Source: Octopus sinensis
Taxonomy: Eukaryota
Assembly (NCBI RefSeq): GCF_006345805.1
Contig: NW_021823870.1
Coordinates: forward strand, 1-21,827
Direction of reading: 5' to 3'
DNA length: 21,827 nt
The notes under the pieces are model-generated. The model saw nothing but the letters and a program-made list of their open reading frames with translations. It was not told where the DNA came from and did no database searches. Within the stretch, counting starts at the first letter, position 1. Each line of letters starts with the position of its first letter. Shown one piece after another: positions 19,215-21,827 of this stretch. Both the position numbers and the translations under genes were made by a program.

Positions 19215-19570
19215 GGGGAAAAAAAAAAAAAGAGTGTGGTTCATATAATCAACTAAAAAAAAAAAATTCCTTTGAAGTCAGGCCCCAGCATGGTCGCTGT
19301 CCAATTATTGTCATTAGTAAATTGGTAAAAGGATAATTACTTAATGTCAGTTAATGTTTCGAGTAGACTCACAAACTAATGTTAATTTAAGTGTATAATA
19401 GGTGGCGCTTTGTGATTTAAAATACGTTTCCAGATAATCAACGGTTTGAATGTACTCTTTTTAATTAGTATAGCAATTCTGTATTTCGACAATTCATATA
19501 ATTTAGGCGTTGTTTTAGCCATACTGGATAACAGCCTTTATTATATAGTTATATATATATAATATATATA

Positions 19571-20359
19571 CTAGCAGAATAGCCCGGCGTTGCCCGGAAT
19601 ATGAGAGCACCTAGTAGGCAACGACTAATCCCAATCTAATCCTTTCCCTCTAGGGAACGAAGGCGCATGGTAGGTTTGCAATGTTTCTTCACTCCCAATA
19701 ACTATCAACACAGCTATCGATAATTCAACCCAACCAATTCCTACCAGGAAAAGAAATTACATTCGAGACTTTACCCCCAACATTCTGCTAATAGTGCTGC
19801 AGCCGCCAAGTTATTCGAATACTTTTTTTGTTTACACTTCTTTATAACTACCACCCCAAACGTTTTTACCTTATTTTGACGCACCTAAGGGTCCTCGGAT
19901 GCTACTTGCAAACTCTTGGTTTATTATAAACCGCTTTTGTCGTGTGCACCAAAAAAACCTTTTCAATTGTTGGTTCAGTTTGGTCACTTTTGACTTTTTC
20001 GTTGTTGTCACCCACATTGCTGCCCGCTTTTTTGCCGTTTTTGTACATTTTTATACATTTTGGGATACTTACCCAGTGTTGAGAGTTAGATTAAAAGGTC
20101 GAGTTGCGTCCCCTAGACAGTCTGTAGAAAATGTGTGCATATAAAAAGCTTAGATTCTCGACCCTGTCGAATTTAGCGATTTGTTTTCAGAACTGGGGGA
20201 ATTTTCAAATTTTCGCTGCGTTAGTTTTGAATTATGACATTGCGCTATGTGTGTGTCAAGTTTCATCAGAATCGGTTTTGAAGCCGTGGGTGAGGGTGAG
20301 GGTACACCTGAGAGACACACAGACAGACAAAACTGCCGTTTATATATAGAGAGAAGAGA
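19571..20359 (-). mobile_element. Non-autonomous Helitron, long copy
   Basis: On the minus strand it has 5' TC, 3' CTAG, a GC-rich palindrome CCGGGCAACGCCGGGC 11 nt from the end, and sits between A and T with no TSD. Confidence 0.8.
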
Positions 20360-20377
20360 TATATTATATTCCACATA

Positions 20378-20560
20378 TATAAAACGCCCACTTTTCTATG
20401 CTTGCCTGTATCAGACGAAATTTGTTGAGGCAGGTTATTTTGTATGGGTGGATGTCTTCCTGTCACCGACCCTCTCTTGTCTCCAAGCGAGAAGTAATGT
20501 TCTCTGTGACAGGCATGTTTTCACGGAAGTTGGCGATGAAAGGCGGATCTTGCAGGGGGC
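20378..20560 (-). mobile_element. 3' part of a Meta-like SINE
   Basis: Minus strand reads GGGTCGGTGACAGGAAGACATCCACCCATAC..CTGCCTCAACAAATTTCGTCTGA..GCAAGCATAGAAAAGTGGGCGTTTTA. The tail resembles 7560-7590. Confidence 0.55.
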
Positions 20561-20578
20561 AGTGACACTTATTTATGA

Positions 20579-20948
20579 CTAGCAGTATCGCCCGGCGTTG
20601 CTTGGGTTGTAGGGGAAAAAACTATAAAGCATTTTTAGAGAGTTATAGCCAAAAAATAGCAAAAAAATGGCGATGTAAATTTTTTTGAGAGTTAAAAAAG
20701 GTGGAGTTGCGTCCCCTAGACGGTCTGTGGTTTGGGTTCTGATTCTCGACCCCTGTCGCAATTTATCGATTTTTTTCAGAACTGGGGGAGCTTTTCAAAT
20801 TTTCGCTGCGTTAGTTTTGAATTATGACATTGGGCTATGGTGTGTCAAGTTCATCAGAATCGGTTGAAAGCCGTGGTCAGGGTGAGGGTACGAGAAAAAC
20901 AGACACCAGAAACACGCACAGACAAACTGCCGTTTATATAGAGAGAGA
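20579..20948 (-). mobile_element. Non-autonomous Helitron, short copy of the same family
   Basis: Same TC...CTAG termini and A|T target. Shares about 260 bp of 5' sequence and about 30 bp of 3' sequence with 19571-20359. Confidence 0.8.
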
Positions 20949-20994
20949 TTATCGCATGACGTCAAGGCAAGGTGACAACAATGCACACACAGAA

Positions 20995-21029
<35 letters not shown>

Positions 21030-21044
21030 ACACACGCACACACA

Positions 21045-21183
21045 TGATGAGTTTCTTTTGGTGTCTGTCAAATCCACTCTCAAGGCTTTTGTTGACCCAG
21101 GGGACTATGGTAGAAGACTCTTGCCTGAGGTACCATTCGGTGGGACAGGACCCAAGACCATATGGTTGGGAGGCAAATTTTTA
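21045..21183 (-). mobile_element. Degenerate F2 5' half between (CA)n tracts
   Basis: AAATCCACTCTCAAGGCTTT..CTATGGTAGAAGACTCTTGCCTGAGGTACCA. Confidence 0.7.
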
Positions 21184-21358
21184 ATGCACACACACACACA
21201 CACCACACACACACACACACACACACGCATGATAGGTTTCTTTCGGTCATGAGACACAAGAATGACAGTTTGATACAGGGGGTATGCTGGATGTAGGCCT
21301 GTGGATTTCCATGGTTCTCAGAAGATGTCGGCGTATATTTTAACATTAATTATACAAA

Positions 21359-21520
21359 CAGTGGCTGTGTGGTAAGTAGTCTACTTTCAGCCACATGGTT
21401 CCAGGTTCAGTTCCACCGCATGGCACCTTGGGGCATGTCTCTTCTACAATAGTCTCAGGCTGACCAAAGCCATGTGAGTGGATTTGGTAGATGGAAGCTG
21501 AAAGAATCTATTGTGTGTGT
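21359..21520 (+). mobile_element. F2 5' half
   Basis: GTGGCTGTGTGGTAAGTAG through to GTGAGTGGATTTGGTAGATGGAAGCTGAAAGAA. Confidence 0.85.
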
Positions 21521-21524
21521 ATGT

Positions 21525-21651
21525 ATGCTTTGCTGGATGTGCAATGTCAGTGTACATGGGTGACAGAGTGCTAGTATATTGAGGAGAAAAGTTACGTAAG
21601 AGAGGAATTAGAGGCAGTGTCCAAGAGCGGAAAACTGCTCTGGTTTGGGCA
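21525..21651 (+). mobile_element. Decayed RTE LINE fragment (different subfamily)
   Basis: MLCWMCNVSVHG*QSASILR, then after frameshifts RGIRGSVQER/KLLWFG. This resembles the RTE post-RT motif MLRWM...RRLRWFGH. Confidence 0.65.
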
Positions 21652-21827
21652 GTGTCTTCTACTATAGCCTCGGGCCGACCAAAGCCTTGTGAGTGGATTT
21701 GCTAGACGGAAACTGAAAAAGAGCCCATGTATATGTATATATATGTGTGTGGTTGTCACTCCAACATTGCTTGACAAACGATGCTCGTGTGTTTGTGGTC
21801 CCCGTAACATAGCGGTTTGGCAAAGAG
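21645..21827 (+). mobile_element. 5'-truncated F2 SINE running off the window
   Basis: GGGCAGTGTCTTCTACTATAGCCTCGGGCCGACCAAAGCC onward. Confidence 0.85.

Noticed and set aside
20250-20275. CTGATGA..AAAC on the minus strand as a hammerhead ribozyme core
   Set aside because: There is no stem II or flanking helices. It is part of the Helitron body.

Overview
This window is AT-rich, repeat-saturated eukaryotic non-coding DNA, probably intronic or intergenic. The repeat families look like those of octopus-type cephalopods; that is my recognition and not a database result. I find no intact protein-coding gene, rRNA, true tRNA or CRISPR array, and nearly all ORFs in the track are micro/minisatellite or SINE artefacts. 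Contents: (i) at least four tRNA-headed SINE families, here F1 (about 230 bp), F2 (about 420 bp, CORE-like 5' half plus an internal microsatellite), a V-domain-like SINE and a Meta-domain-like SINE; (ii) decayed LINE fragments of RTE, CR1 and CRE/RLE type; (iii) two non-autonomous Helitrons, a TTAA-flanked piggyBac-like MITE and a mariner end; (iv) several minisatellites, one with higher-order structure. The most unusual signal is the F1 SINE. It occurs as head-to-tail multimers that restart at the same internal base at 7 junctions in 4 loci, and its two visible target-site duplications resemble that junction. This hints at multimeric or circular templates, or at microhomology-driven amplification. 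A few candidate small exons of an unidentified host gene are flagged at low confidence.
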